This document shows positions 48,011 through 56,713 of a DNA stretch of 64,000 nt, one piece after another. Position 1 is the stretch's first letter; each line of letters begins with the position of its first letter. Origin of the DNA: an uncultured virus (IMG/VR IMGVR_UViG_3300036715_000434). Lineage: Duplodnaviria > Heunggongvirae > Uroviricota > Caudoviricetes. Below the pieces are notes generated by a model. That model saw nothing but the letters and a program-made list of their open reading frames with translations. It did no database searches and had not been told where the DNA came from. Position numbers and translations under genes: made by a program. The DNA lies in IMG/VR virus record IMGVR_UViG_3300036715_000434; one strand, 5' to 3'.

Positions 48011-49424
48011 GCCGGGTACGCCGGGGGGCGCCTTGTTGTTCCAGCACGCCCCAGTAGTCGCTGTGCAGCACGGTCGAGTCGAGGCAGAACTGCCCGAAGC
48101 CGTAGCCCTGCGTGATCAGAACCGAAGCGCCATCCTTGTGGTTGCGATCCTTGCCAGCCAGCAGGCGAGCTAGCCCTAGCTTCTTCTCTGCTGGCGTCTG
48201 GCTGTAGGTGTAGACGGTATCGGCGGTGGCCATCTTGGAAAGATCCTCGGCCACATCGCTGGTCTGCACGGTGGTTGCCTTCTCCCCGGCCGCATTCGAT
48301 TGGGTGGGGGCCACCACGGCGCAGTTGCGTTCAACAGCGACGCCTCGCAGCTGCTCAACCAGCAGGCCCAGCTCGACCCGCTTGTTGTTTGAGTCGTGCT
48401 TCATCAAGTCAGGGTAGTCGACGATGAGCAGGTCAGGTGTTATGTGCTCATGACGCTCCAGGGCGTCTAGGTAGGCCCGTAGGCCAGCCATGTCGAGGCC
48501 CTGCGTCGGGAACTCCTTGATCACCAACGGCGGCCGCTTGCGAAACTCTCGCTTGACCCGGCTGGTGATAGTGGTGCGGATGTGCTGGTCATGCAGGGTC
48601 ATCCGCTCGATCTGTTCCTGGATGATGTCTTGCAGAGATCCGTCCCGACCATGAACCAGCCGGGCCACGCGGGTCATCGACTCACGTTCGGAGATCGAGA
48701 AGAACGACTGCAGGAGGCGCGCGCCATAGCGGTTCTGTGACATCTCAAGCGTCACGATCACAACGGTCCAACGCTGAACCAAGGCCATCTTGGCAGCATG
48801 AACGCAGAACCAGCTCTTGCCTCGGCCACGGGGAGCCAGGAACATCGTCAACTGCTTGCGCCTGGGGATGATGCCCAACTGGTCGAAGTGCGTGATCCCG
48901 AGATCAAAGCCAGGCTCGTCGAGGTTGTCGAAAAGCTGGGCCACTTGGTTCGGGTCACTCATGTTGAGGCCAGCGGAGAAGGCAGAGACCTGGGTCTTCA
49001 TGGCCTTCTGCATTTCAACTTCAGCTTCGTCGATACGACCGTCCTCGACGGCCTCAACGGCCTTCACCAGACCCGATTTGAAGGTCTGGAGCCGCACGAA
49101 CTTGTGCAGCTGCGAAACGACGTAGTCTGGGTTGATGCTGTCGCGGTTCGAGAAGAGGTTGTCCAGCAGGCGCTTGTAGGTGGTGGCCTTGCGCTGGTCG
49201 TCGCCGTTCAGGATGCCTTCAAGGTGGTCAGGTAGGTGGTCCTTGATGGCCTCACCGTACTGGTCAATGAAGTCAATGGCGTGGCCAGCCACCTCGCGGA
49301 ACACCGACGACTCGAACAACTGCGGGGTGACCGCGGCGCGAGCGATCTTGCAAGCGGCATCATTGAAGCACAGCAGCGTGAGGATGTTTTCTTGTAGGGC
49401 GCCACTTAGGCGTTCATCATTCAC
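47997..49424 (-). CDS. DnaB-like replicative helicase
   Basis: APRGRGKS Walker A, TLEMS, IVDYPDL, PTQSN, AED..K...AD, KDR. Confidence 0.87.
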   Translation of the reverse strand: MNDERLSGALQENILTLLCFNDAACKIARAAVTPQLFESSVFREVAGHAIDFIDQYGEAIKDHLPDHLEGILNGDDQRKATTYKRLLDNLFSNRDSINPDYVVSQLHKFVRLQTFKSGLVKAVEAVEDGRIDEAEVEMQKAMKTQVSAFSAGLNMSDPNQVAQLFDNLDEPGFDLGITHFDQLGIIPRRKQLTMFLAPRGRGKSWFCVHAAKMALVQRWTVVIVTLEMSQNRYGARLLQSFFSISERESMTRVARLVHGRDGSLQDIIQEQIERMTLHDQHIRTTITSRVKREFRKRPPLVIKEFPTQGLDMAGLRAYLDALERHEHITPDLLIVDYPDLMKHDSNNKRVELGLLVEQLRGVAVERNCAVVAPTQSNAAGEKATTVQTSDVAEDLSKMATADTVYTYSQTPAEKKLGLARLLAGKDRNHKDGASVLITQGYGFGQFCLDSTVLHSDYWGVLEQQGAPRRTRHAAE

Positions 49425-49657
49425 GATGGCTGGCTTTCATTGGTTGATAGTGGGTTGATGCCTTGCTGGATGGCGCAGAGCTGGTAGGTGTGCATCCAGA
49501 GCCAATCGGAGTAGGCCTCGTCAGCCGTGGCCCTGGTGTAGCACAACGAGGCTCCGGTGCATTGCCAAAACCAATAGGGGCCGAACAGGGGGACCTTCCT
49601 CAACCGCGGCTTCGCTTCGACCAAGAAAGACTGCTCAAGGTACTTGATGATGAACAT
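49421..49657 (-). CDS. Hypothetical protein
   Basis: MFIIKY... frame ends overlapping the helicase start. Confidence 0.4.
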   Translation of the reverse strand: MFIIKYLEQSFLVEAKPRLRKVPLFGPYWFWQCTGASLCYTRATADEAYSDWLWMHTYQLCAIQQGINPLSTNESQPS

Positions 49658-49839
49658 TGTGGTGTCCGGTAGAAGGTGAGAATCTTGTGCGTGACGAACC
49701 CACGGTCGAAGGCGGTAGCCCAGACCTCGCGCCGTTCGAGGCTTCGCAGCCAGGTGAGGCGCAGGCGCCCATTCACCACCACGTAAACCGGGCGCCAGGC
49801 GAACCACCGGTTCCAAGCAGTCACTGGGTAAGCATTCAT
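49600..49839 (-). CDS. Hypothetical protein (W..WFAWRPV motif)
   Basis: ATGA overlap with exonuclease stop; WNRWFAWRPV....G...WL..LERR. Confidence 0.6.
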   Translation of the reverse strand: MNAYPVTAWNRWFAWRPVYVVVNGRLRLTWLRSLERREVWATAFDRGFVTHKILTFYRTPQCSSSSTLSSLSWSKRSRG

Positions 49840-50669
49840 TGGGAAACCTGTTCAAACGAGGTCAGCATGGATTGGGTCACGTCGATGTCGAGACGCCCGC
49901 ACCATCTATACAGGGCTCGATGATCAAAGCGCAGAGCCTGCGTCGGGATCCTCGCGTTCGGAAACTCAGGGTGAGGCAGCTTAATGAGCTTCATGTTGCG
50001 ATCAATAAGGTCACCGTGCTTCTCTCTGTAGGCCCGCATCAGGTTTGGCATCCTGATCGCGTCTAACGCTTTCTTGGGCCCGACCCCGACGATGCCTGCG
50101 ATGTCGTTGTGCGTGCCCTGAAGCGCGGAGGCCAGCATGAACTGCTCCGGCGTCATGTTGAACTGCTTCATCAGCCTGGTGCCATCCATCACGTCGTTGA
50201 TGTCCTTCTGAAGCACACGAAACCGATCACACCAAAACAGCTGGTAGAGATCGGAGTCGTTCGAGGCGGCGTAGATCAAGTCGTAGCGATGCCGATGACG
50301 ATGAACCAGCCAGCCGATGCAGTCATCCGACTCGAAGCCATCCTCGGCCATGATCGGGAAGCCCAGCACGTCCTGCATCAGGTCGAGGATCAAGCTCTGC
50401 GATTGGTTGAAGGCCTTCAACAGCTCGTCGTCGGCGTTCTTCTTTCGCAGTTGCTTGTACTCCGGGTAGATCAAGCTGCGGCGATACGGCTTCATGTCGC
50501 GGCAGAGGATCACGTCGGTGGCCTTTGTCTCTCGTATCTGCTTCGCCAGGGTCGTCAGGAAGCCGTAGACGCCCCCGGTGAAGGTCTGCCCACAGGTCAG
50601 CATCGGGTGGGCCGCCGCAGCCCTGTAGGCTTGATACGACAGATCGACGGCCAGGAGGATGCGGCTCAT
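49836..50669 (-). CDS. 5'-3' exonuclease / flap endonuclease
   Basis: VD.SY..YR, R..IYPEYK..R, ESDD.IG, SNDSDLYQL, G...DI.G..GVGPK.A. Confidence 0.9.
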   Translation of the reverse strand: MSRILLAVDLSYQAYRAAAAHPMLTCGQTFTGGVYGFLTTLAKQIRETKATDVILCRDMKPYRRSLIYPEYKQLRKKNADDELLKAFNQSQSLILDLMQDVLGFPIMAEDGFESDDCIGWLVHRHRHRYDLIYAASNDSDLYQLFWCDRFRVLQKDINDVMDGTRLMKQFNMTPEQFMLASALQGTHNDIAGIVGVGPKKALDAIRMPNLMRAYREKHGDLIDRNMKLIKLPHPEFPNARIPTQALRFDHRALYRWCGRLDIDVTQSMLTSFEQVSQ

Positions 50670-51043
50670 GGGCCTACTTCGTCGTCGAGGTGCTTCAGTT
50701 CTTCCTGGCTGTGGTCCATCTCTTCCATGGCCCGCTTGAGGTAAACCGCTTGGTCGAGGCACTCCTCGTAGGCGTGCTGGAGCCATTGGCGCAAGGTCAA
50801 CGGATTGTCTCTGACAGTGGTGCCGTACTTGGAGATACCAAACAACTGGCGTCGCGTGATGTCGGCGCAGACCTCGGACTCGGTTCCAGTAGGCCCAGAC
50901 TTACGAGTGTCGAGCGCGGCCTGCTGCGCAGCGAGTGCAGCTCGGAGTGCCATCATTTCAACGTCTCTGACGAGAGCCTGCTCGTCGTTGATCCACTTTG
51001 CGCGGTCGTTTACCGCCTGTGCAGCACGGGCGAGGTCGGTCAT
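50666..51043 (-). CDS. Small all-alpha (MazG-like) nucleotide pyrophosphatase candidate
   Basis: G..KYG.......WL.HA.EE.LD..VY pattern. Confidence 0.5.
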   Translation of the reverse strand: MTDLARAAQAVNDRAKWINDEQALVRDVEMMALRAALAAQQAALDTRKSGPTGTESEVCADITRRQLFGISKYGTTVRDNPLTLRQWLQHAYEECLDQAVYLKRAMEEMDHSQEELKHLDDEVGP

Positions 51044-51768
51044 GGCATCCCCAGGATCTTGTGAACTTGCAGCGACAGGCGGTAGCCGTGCTTCATGCAG
51101 ATGTCCACAGCCGCCTTGATGTTGTTGGCGTTCTTGAACGGCTCGTGTTCGTCCATGGGCGAGATCCAGATGGTGTCGGTAGCCTCACGAGAGACCAGCT
51201 GCCAGGGGGCCCCGCCGCCGTTGGCCTGGGTCGGTTCGTTGGGCAGCCCGTTTTCATCAACACCGCCAGCCCGGACGACGTACTTCCAATGACGGCAGTA
51301 GTGCGCAATCATCGGGTGCACGTGCTTCGTCTTGGGGCTACAAACTAGAGTCAGCTCGTTCCGGGTCACGGACTTGTCGATGGAAGGATCCCAGAGGTTG
51401 CCCGCCGTCTCCATCTGCGAGTGCTTGACCCCGATGTTCGTCAGGGCCTCGATCAGTGGGCCTGTGGTCTGACGCATCGGCTCTCCGCCGGTCAACACGA
51501 TGATCACTTCGTCAATCATGCTCGGCGCAGGCAACGAGTTGAGAGCTTGATTGACGATCTGCTCAACCGAAAACCGGTTGTTGATGCCGCTCTCAAACTC
51601 GGTATCACAGAACGTGCAGGCTAGGTGGCAGCCAGCCAGCCGGATGAACACCGCGGGCATGCCGGTGAATGGGCCCTCGCCTTGAATCGTGTAGAAGACT
51701 TCCTGGACGGCCAGCATGCCGTCGTCGGGCTTCTGGTCCAGTTTGCGGATAGGGTTTCGGCCAAACAT
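51040..51768 (-). CDS. queE: 7-carboxy-7-deazaguanine synthase (radical SAM)
   Basis: E.FYTIQGEG..TG.PAVFIRLAGC.L.C.FCDT, LTGGEP, ET.G, SPK, RLSLQ.HK. Confidence 0.95.
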   Translation of the reverse strand: MFGRNPIRKLDQKPDDGMLAVQEVFYTIQGEGPFTGMPAVFIRLAGCHLACTFCDTEFESGINNRFSVEQIVNQALNSLPAPSMIDEVIIVLTGGEPMRQTTGPLIEALTNIGVKHSQMETAGNLWDPSIDKSVTRNELTLVCSPKTKHVHPMIAHYCRHWKYVVRAGGVDENGLPNEPTQANGGGAPWQLVSREATDTIWISPMDEHEPFKNANNIKAAVDICMKHGYRLSLQVHKILGMP

Positions 51769-51880
51769 CTTTGCTCTCCTTGGGGTGGTTGACTATGCGA
51801 TCAAATTATACAGAGCGTTAGGGCTTAGACCGGTCTAGGTATAATTTGCTCGCCAGTCCCTAAACCAACCCCTGAAAGGA
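51769..51880. promoter_or_regulatory. Divergent promoter region between leftward and rightward transcription units
   Basis: Back-to-back TATAAT: minus strand near 51805-51810, plus strand 51840-51845; RBS on both sides. Confidence 0.65.
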
Positions 51881-52282
51881 ATGACCATGGCAAAGACCCA
51901 AGCACTCACGACGAAGGATCTGCAAGCCGGATTCGGAGTCGGCCACATGACGATCTTCAACTGGCGCAAAGGCTCCGTGACCAAGGCCGCGCTGCCCGCA
52001 ATCACCGACGAAGCAGGCCGCGTGACCTTCAGCCTGGCCGCGGTGAAGTCGTGGGCGAAGCAGCACAAGCTCGCATTTACCGCCCCCACGGAGACCGCGG
52101 CAGAAGGCAAGCCGGGCCCGAAGGCCAAGGTTGTTGTGGCCAAGAAAGCCGCCAAGACGAAGGCCACAAAGCCCCGCAAGACCGACCCGGCCACGATCGA
52201 CGCGATTCAAGACGTGGCCATCAAGGCTACTGGCGGCCGCCTGAAGCGTTCGACGGCCAACGCCGAAGCCACAGCGCAGTAG
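51881..52282 (+). CDS. HTH (MerR/Xis-like) DNA-binding protein with a Lys/Ala histone-like tail
   Basis: LTTKDL...FGV..MTIFNWRK; AKKAAKTKATKPRK. Confidence 0.65.
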   Translation: MTMAKTQALTTKDLQAGFGVGHMTIFNWRKGSVTKAALPAITDEAGRVTFSLAAVKSWAKQHKLAFTAPTETAAEGKPGPKAKVVVAKKAAKTKATKPRKTDPATIDAIQDVAIKATGGRLKRSTANAEATAQ

Positions 52283-52298
52283 GTCTAGGAAAAGCCAA

Positions 52299-52967
52299 GT
52301 GAGCAACAAACGAGTCACGTTGACGAGGCCCGAGTACACGAGGGCCCCGGTGACTCGTGCCCACTTGGCCACCAAAACCAAGTCTGGGATGGGGGGAGGT
52401 ATAGCCCCCTTTAAGGGGGGGCTCTCCCCCCATCTTTCCCAGAGGCCATCAAGTAGCAACAAGAAAGTTAGCGTTGATGAGGTGTTGAACCTCGTCGAAC
52501 AACTTAGTCAGGTGGATCGACAAGAGCTTCTCGACAGGCTAGCCCTCGCTCAAAGCAACGAAGCGGGGGATCCTCGTGAAGTCGAGATGTGGTGCGTAGC
52601 GATACAAGAGTCTCTACAAGACGCTCTCGGCCCCTCGGCTGGGGCGATGGGGGGCCCCATGCTGGTTAAGCGCCTTGTTGGCTCTCCGTCGCATTGGAAG
52701 CCCGTGGCCCTGTTCATGTCCTCGAGTGGGCTGGCGGAGCTACAAGTGCGTGAGCGGCAACTAGCCTACCACCTCCTCGCTGATCTCCTCGTGAAGCATG
52801 TCTGCCAGGTGGCCAGCCACGTAGGCCTACCTGTCGGCCTGAAGTTCCTAGGCAACAACGTGGCCTCTATCACCGGCGTGTTCGAGCAGGCTTTCCCCGG
52901 CTACCTGGCGGCGGGCCTGGCCCACGTGATTGTCAAGGGCATCAGTGGCCACCCCAAAATCGAATAA
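52299..52967 (+). CDS. Hypothetical protein
   Basis: 222-aa ORF; AGGA RBS. Confidence 0.6.
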   Translation: MSNKRVTLTRPEYTRAPVTRAHLATKTKSGMGGGIAPFKGGLSPHLSQRPSSSNKKVSVDEVLNLVEQLSQVDRQELLDRLALAQSNEAGDPREVEMWCVAIQESLQDALGPSAGAMGGPMLVKRLVGSPSHWKPVALFMSSSGLAELQVRERQLAYHLLADLLVKHVCQVASHVGLPVGLKFLGNNVASITGVFEQAFPGYLAAGLAHVIVKGISGHPKIE

Positions 52968-53022
52968 TCGAAAATCGAATAAGTTGTTGTCATGGCCCTG
53001 GGTCTGTATATGGAATCAGGGC

Positions 53023-53271
53023 ATGGACCACCAACAAGACTTCGACTTCGCAAGGCAGAGCAACGAGTTCACCTCGGCAGCCCATCTCCTTCGCTACGTG
53101 GCCGCCCTCAACATCGAAGCTACCAAGACCGAGTTCGTTGCCGCCGCTGTGAAGGCCGGCTACCCGGCTCACGCTGCCGGCGCCCGCTTCGGCGAATCAC
53201 GTCGCGTCACCCTGATCGACGAACCCCACCTTATTCGGCTGGCTGACGGTTCCCTGGCTTATCTGGAGTGA
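53023..53271 (+). CDS. Small early protein, possibly leaderless
   Basis: ATG begins 7 nt after a TGGAAT -10-like box, no RBS. Confidence 0.55.
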   Translation: MDHQQDFDFARQSNEFTSAAHLLRYVAALNIEATKTEFVAAAVKAGYPAHAAGARFGESRRVTLIDEPHLIRLADGSLAYLE

Positions 53272-53297
53272 CCAGAAGGGTCTTTGCAAGAAAGCTG

Positions 53298-53367
53298 TTG
53301 CGACCTTCAAATCTGTATATAGAATAGAGCCATCGAATCAGAAACCACCCCGGAGAACGAAGATGAC
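53298..53367 (+). promoter_or_regulatory. Sigma70-like early promoter plus leader (repeat copy 1)
   Basis: TTGCGA-N16-TAGAAT; 53310-53367 identical to 55567-55624. Confidence 0.75.
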
Positions 53368-53632
53368 CAGACAAGAGAAGATTACCAAGGCGCAAGAGAT
53401 CCTCACCCTGATCCGCAGGGCGGGCCTCAAGTTCGAGGAAGTCTGCGCGGTCGAGTTTGCCAGCCAGATGCAAGAGATCGCAGATGGCTACAACGAAGAG
53501 AACCCAAGTGATGAACCCGAGGACAAGGCCACGATCTACAGCGAGGCGCGGAGCTTCGTTGAGTGTGACTGCTGTGACCTCTCGTCCGAGGCCTGGGCCG
53601 CGTTCGAGGAACTCTACGGCCCGCAAGACTGA
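53363..53632 (+). CDS. Small acidic early protein
   Basis: GGAGA RBS; about 21 D/E versus 8 K/R in 89 aa. Confidence 0.7.
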   Translation: MTRQEKITKAQEILTLIRRAGLKFEEVCAVEFASQMQEIADGYNEENPSDEPEDKATIYSEARSFVECDCCDLSSEAWAAFEELYGPQD

Positions 53633-53643
53633 AGACGAACCCA

Positions 53644-53670
53644 CCGGCAAGGGCAACTAGCCTTTGCCGG
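53644..53670 (+). repeat. Conserved intergenic hairpin, copy 1 (loop AACTA)
   Basis: CCGGCAAGGGC-AACTA-GCCTTTGCCGG. Confidence 0.75.
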
Positions 53671-53721
53671 CGAGATTCCGACAGAAAATCCGCCATCCCC
53701 AAACCCCTACGGAGAGAAAAC

Positions 53722-54696
53722 ATGCCCGCAACCCAGACCCAAGCAGCCCCGGCCACCCCCTACACCGGCATCATCAAGGCCCGCCCGAGCGCCTACAACC
53801 TGCTCGATCCCAAGGCCATCAAACGCCGCGTCGGCTTCAACCCGCGCTTCGACTTCGGCGAGATCGAAGAGCTTGCCAAGAGCATCCGTGTTCAGGCCAC
53901 GGAGCACGCGGTCCCTGGCGGTCTGCTGCAACCCCTGCGGGTCAAGCGGTCCGGCGATGGCTTCGAGTTGATCGACGGCGATCGTCGCATGACGGCCATC
54001 GAACTCCTGATGGCCCTGGCCGCGAAGGGCTCGCCCGACGGCTACTCGTTCCACGAGGGCGTCCCGGCCTTCACGGTCGATAAGGGGCAAGATGACATCA
54101 CTTCGCTGATCCAGATGTTCGAGTCGAACACGGGCAAGTCGTTCCTGCCCCTTGAGGAGGCCGCCGCCTACAAGCGCATGCAGGAAGCCGGCATGACCAT
54201 CGAGCAGATCGGCAAGAACGTTCAGCGGGCCCACGTTCACATCGTGGCCACCCTGGCTCTGCTCGATGCTGACGACTCGCTGAAAGAGGCGGTCAAGTCC
54301 AAGAAGATCGGCGGCACGATGGCAAAGAAGATCGCTGTCGGTGCCCGCGGCGACAAGGCCAAGCAGGCCGAACTGACGAAGGAGGCCGTCGAGGCTGGCT
54401 CGGACAAGAAGAAAAAGCGCGTGGTTCTGGGTAAGGTCGAGCAGGTTCGCGCCGCGAAGGCCGCCGCCAAGGGCAAGACCATCAAGATGCGCGCGCTCAA
54501 TGACGATCAGCTCTCCGAGATGGGCGAGAAGCTCTCCAAGCACCTCATCGCGGTGATGAAGGAAGCCAAGATGTCCGGCGAACAAGACCTGGCCGCCTGG
54601 GTCGGTGGTGAGGATTCACTCGTGGTCGCCTTCACGTTCGGCGCCCTTCAGGCCCTGAAGGCCGCGGCTGGCATCAAGATCAACTTGGAGCTCTGA
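53722..54696 (+). CDS. ParB/Srx-like domain protein with HTH
   Basis: FNPR.....IEELA.SI....GLLQPL.V, LIDG.RR..A, N....L...EEA, G....QI. Confidence 0.85.
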   Translation: MPATQTQAAPATPYTGIIKARPSAYNLLDPKAIKRRVGFNPRFDFGEIEELAKSIRVQATEHAVPGGLLQPLRVKRSGDGFELIDGDRRMTAIELLMALAAKGSPDGYSFHEGVPAFTVDKGQDDITSLIQMFESNTGKSFLPLEEAAAYKRMQEAGMTIEQIGKNVQRAHVHIVATLALLDADDSLKEAVKSKKIGGTMAKKIAVGARGDKAKQAELTKEAVEAGSDKKKKRVVLGKVEQVRAAKAAAKGKTIKMRALNDDQLSEMGEKLSKHLIAVMKEAKMSGEQDLAAWVGGEDSLVVAFTFGALQALKAAAGIKINLEL

Positions 54697-54699
54697 ACC

Positions 54700-55245
54700 A
54701 TGGCCACCACCCCCTATCAGGGGATGGCAGACCGAGCCCGAGCAATCGGGGTCGCTCACTTTGCCATGGACCCTGCCTCTGAGGTTCACGGGGTCCCCCA
54801 CTGGGACCGCGTGGCCGCGAATGCCCGGCTCCTGGTCTCGCGCATAGAGACCGGGGCCGACTTGGCCGTGACGGTCTGGTTCGCCTACTTGCACGACTGC
54901 TGCCGACACAACGATGCTGAGGATCCGGAGCACGGCCACCGCGCCGCCGCCCTGGCTCGCTCACTTTGGTTCGACGGCAAGCTGCACCTGTACGCACATG
55001 AGTTCCAGGAGCTGTTCGAGGCCATCCGAGACCACTCAACTGGCCGCATGCAGGGGCCTCTATTGGCCAGGATTTGTTGGGACGCTGACCGCCTCGACTT
55101 GCCCAGAGTTGGCACGATGCCAGACCCAGGCCACATGTGCACCACGATCGGCCAGAAGTTGGCCGGTCAGATGAAGCCGAAGACCAAGCTACGTGTCGGC
55201 CACGGCCACGGCCTGCTGATCCCCCGCTATCGGAGGTCAGGATGA
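54700..55245 (+). CDS. HD-domain phosphohydrolase
   Basis: HG..HW.RV, LHD..R, EHG, DH, DADRLDL.R. Confidence 0.85.
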   Translation: MATTPYQGMADRARAIGVAHFAMDPASEVHGVPHWDRVAANARLLVSRIETGADLAVTVWFAYLHDCCRHNDAEDPEHGHRAAALARSLWFDGKLHLYAHEFQELFEAIRDHSTGRMQGPLLARICWDADRLDLPRVGTMPDPGHMCTTIGQKLAGQMKPKTKLRVGHGHGLLIPRYRRSG

Positions 55246-55436
55246 CCGCCCGCGCCGCTAGCCATACGCTCGTAGTTGAACAGGTCCGTGGGGGCCTCAT
55301 CTTCACTGAGACTCACAGCTACAACGATGCCAAGTGGGGCTTGGTGACGGTGACCAGCACCTTGCGCATCAGGGCGCCACGCCGGGCCATCACCCAGGCG
55401 CTGCGCTCTATCGGCTACGTGAAGGCCAGCCGCTGA
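55242..55436 (+). CDS. Small hypothetical protein
   Basis: GGAGG RBS; ATGA overlap with the HD gene. Confidence 0.55.
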   Translation: MTARAASHTLVVEQVRGGLIFTETHSYNDAKWGLVTVTSTLRIRAPRRAITQALRSIGYVKASR

Positions 55437-55488
55437 ACTCTCCGTACTTTCTCCTCCGGGGGGGGGGGGGCCCTTGTAGGGTCTCTTG

Positions 55489-55517
55489 GCCAGGGCTTCA
55501 AACCCCTGGCTTTTTTT
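55489..55517 (+). terminator. Intrinsic terminator
   Basis: GCCAGGG-loop-CCCTGGC followed by T7. Confidence 0.85.
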
Positions 55518-55554
55518 ATGCCCTAGTGATGTACAAGGTCTTTGCCAAAAGATG

Positions 55555-55624
55555 TTGCCATCGTTTAATCTGTATATAGAATAGAGCCATCGAATCAGAA
55601 ACCACCCCGGAGAACGAAGATGAC
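55555..55624 (+). promoter_or_regulatory. Sigma70-like early promoter plus leader (repeat copy 2)
   Basis: TTGCCA-N16-TAGAAT; 58-bp identity with 53310-53367. Confidence 0.75.
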
Positions 55625-55823
55625 GAGCCCCACAGAAACCATCAAGATCGCGAACGAAGTCACCCTTGAACTGAAGGCGATGAAGGAAATCGGCATGCGC
55701 ATCCCGGCCAAGGCGTTCAAGTATGTCGAGGCAAACAAAGAAGAGATGGCAGAGTTCCGCAACAGCGGCATGAAGATTGCTGAAATCGCTGACTACGTGA
55801 TTGGAGCCTCGCGCATCCTCTGA
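55620..55823 (+). CDS. Small early protein
   Basis: GGAGA RBS directly behind the promoter. Confidence 0.7.
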   Translation: MTSPTETIKIANEVTLELKAMKEIGMRIPAKAFKYVEANKEEMAEFRNSGMKIAEIADYVIGASRIL

Positions 55824-55829
55824 CGAACT

Positions 55830-55860
55830 CACCTGCTAGGGCAACCAGCTCTAGCAGGTG
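55830..55860 (+). repeat. Conserved intergenic hairpin, copy 2 (loop AACCA)
   Basis: CACCTGCTAGGGC-AACCA-GCTCTAGCAGGTG. Confidence 0.75.
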
Positions 55861-55906
55861 CGCTCTGAGAAAGCCGCCGCTACCACAACCCCTTAGGAGA
55901 TCAACC

Positions 55907-56185
55907 ATGTACTTCCGTATCCTCATCAACAAGAACGGCGAACAGTTCTTCCGCACCTCACGCCTACACTCGTCCTCCGCCGCGATCGCCGCCCGCCTGT
56001 TGGTTTGGAAGGGCGCCGAGGGCATCACCAAAGAAGATGACGCCGACGCCATATTTGAGGTCACCATCCTTCAAGTGAACGACGAAGGCATCGGCCACAT
56101 CATGACGGTCGAAGAGTACGAAAACCTCGTCACCCAGGCGATGAACTATGCTGAAGACGCCAGCGAAAACGCACAACCCCTCTGA
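55907..56185 (+). CDS. Small early protein with an acidic C-terminal half
   Basis: TAGGAG RBS. Confidence 0.7.
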   Translation: MYFRILINKNGEQFFRTSRLHSSSAAIAARLLVWKGAEGITKEDDADAIFEVTILQVNDEGIGHIMTVEEYENLVTQAMNYAEDASENAQPL

Positions 56186-56201
56186 ACTCCTAGGCAATAA
56201 C

Positions 56202-56630
56202 ATGACCACCATTACCCGACCCCTCCTGCGCACCCTTCGCGACGAGATCAATGCTGCCCTGGCCGAAGTGGGCGCCCGCCACGGCGTCACCCTCGTGGCT
56301 GACAACGTGAAGTTCACCGACATGTCGGCCCGCTTCGTTCTCTCGGTCAACCTGGCCAACGAGACGGTCCAGGCTCAGATCGCCTCCGGCGTTGACCCCA
56401 AGATCGCCAAGGCCGAAGCCGACTACAAAGAGTTCTGCCAGGTCTGCGGCGCTGACCCCGCCTGGCTGGGCCAGCGTGTTCGCGTCGGCTCCGGCGAGTT
56501 CAAGGTCGTCGGCCTGCTGCCCAACAAGCACAAGAACTGCATCCTGATCCAGCGCATCTCGACGGGCAAGAACTTCATCGTCGACCCGGCTACTGTTCGC
56601 TCTGGCATGTCCATCAACAAGATGATGTAA
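56202..56630 (+). CDS. Hypothetical early protein
   Basis: Start refined to ATG 56202; LR.EIN.AL..V...HG pattern. Confidence 0.65.
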   Translation: MTTITRPLLRTLRDEINAALAEVGARHGVTLVADNVKFTDMSARFVLSVNLANETVQAQIASGVDPKIAKAEADYKEFCQVCGADPAWLGQRVRVGSGEFKVVGLLPNKHKNCILIQRISTGKNFIVDPATVRSGMSINKMM

Positions 56631-56652
56631 ACCACTCGCTGATCGAGTTCAG

Positions 56653-56677
56653 CGGCAAGGGCAACCAGCCTTTGCCG
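56653..56677 (+). repeat. Conserved intergenic hairpin, copy 3 (loop AACCA)
   Basis: CGGCAAGGGC-AACCA-GCCTTTGCCG. Confidence 0.75.
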
Positions 56678-56713
56678 GCGTACTCACGACGCCTCAACCC
56701 AAGGAGAACAAAA

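Noticed and set aside
53004..53019. CTGTATATGGAATCAG as a LexA/SOS box (CTG-N10-CAG)
   Set aside because: The two homologous promoter copies read CTGTATATAGAATAGA and lack the right half-site; no lysogeny module is seen.
53722..54696. ParABS plasmid-prophage partition system
   Set aside because: No ParA, replication initiator or recognisable parS array; stand-alone ParB-like domains are common in phages.
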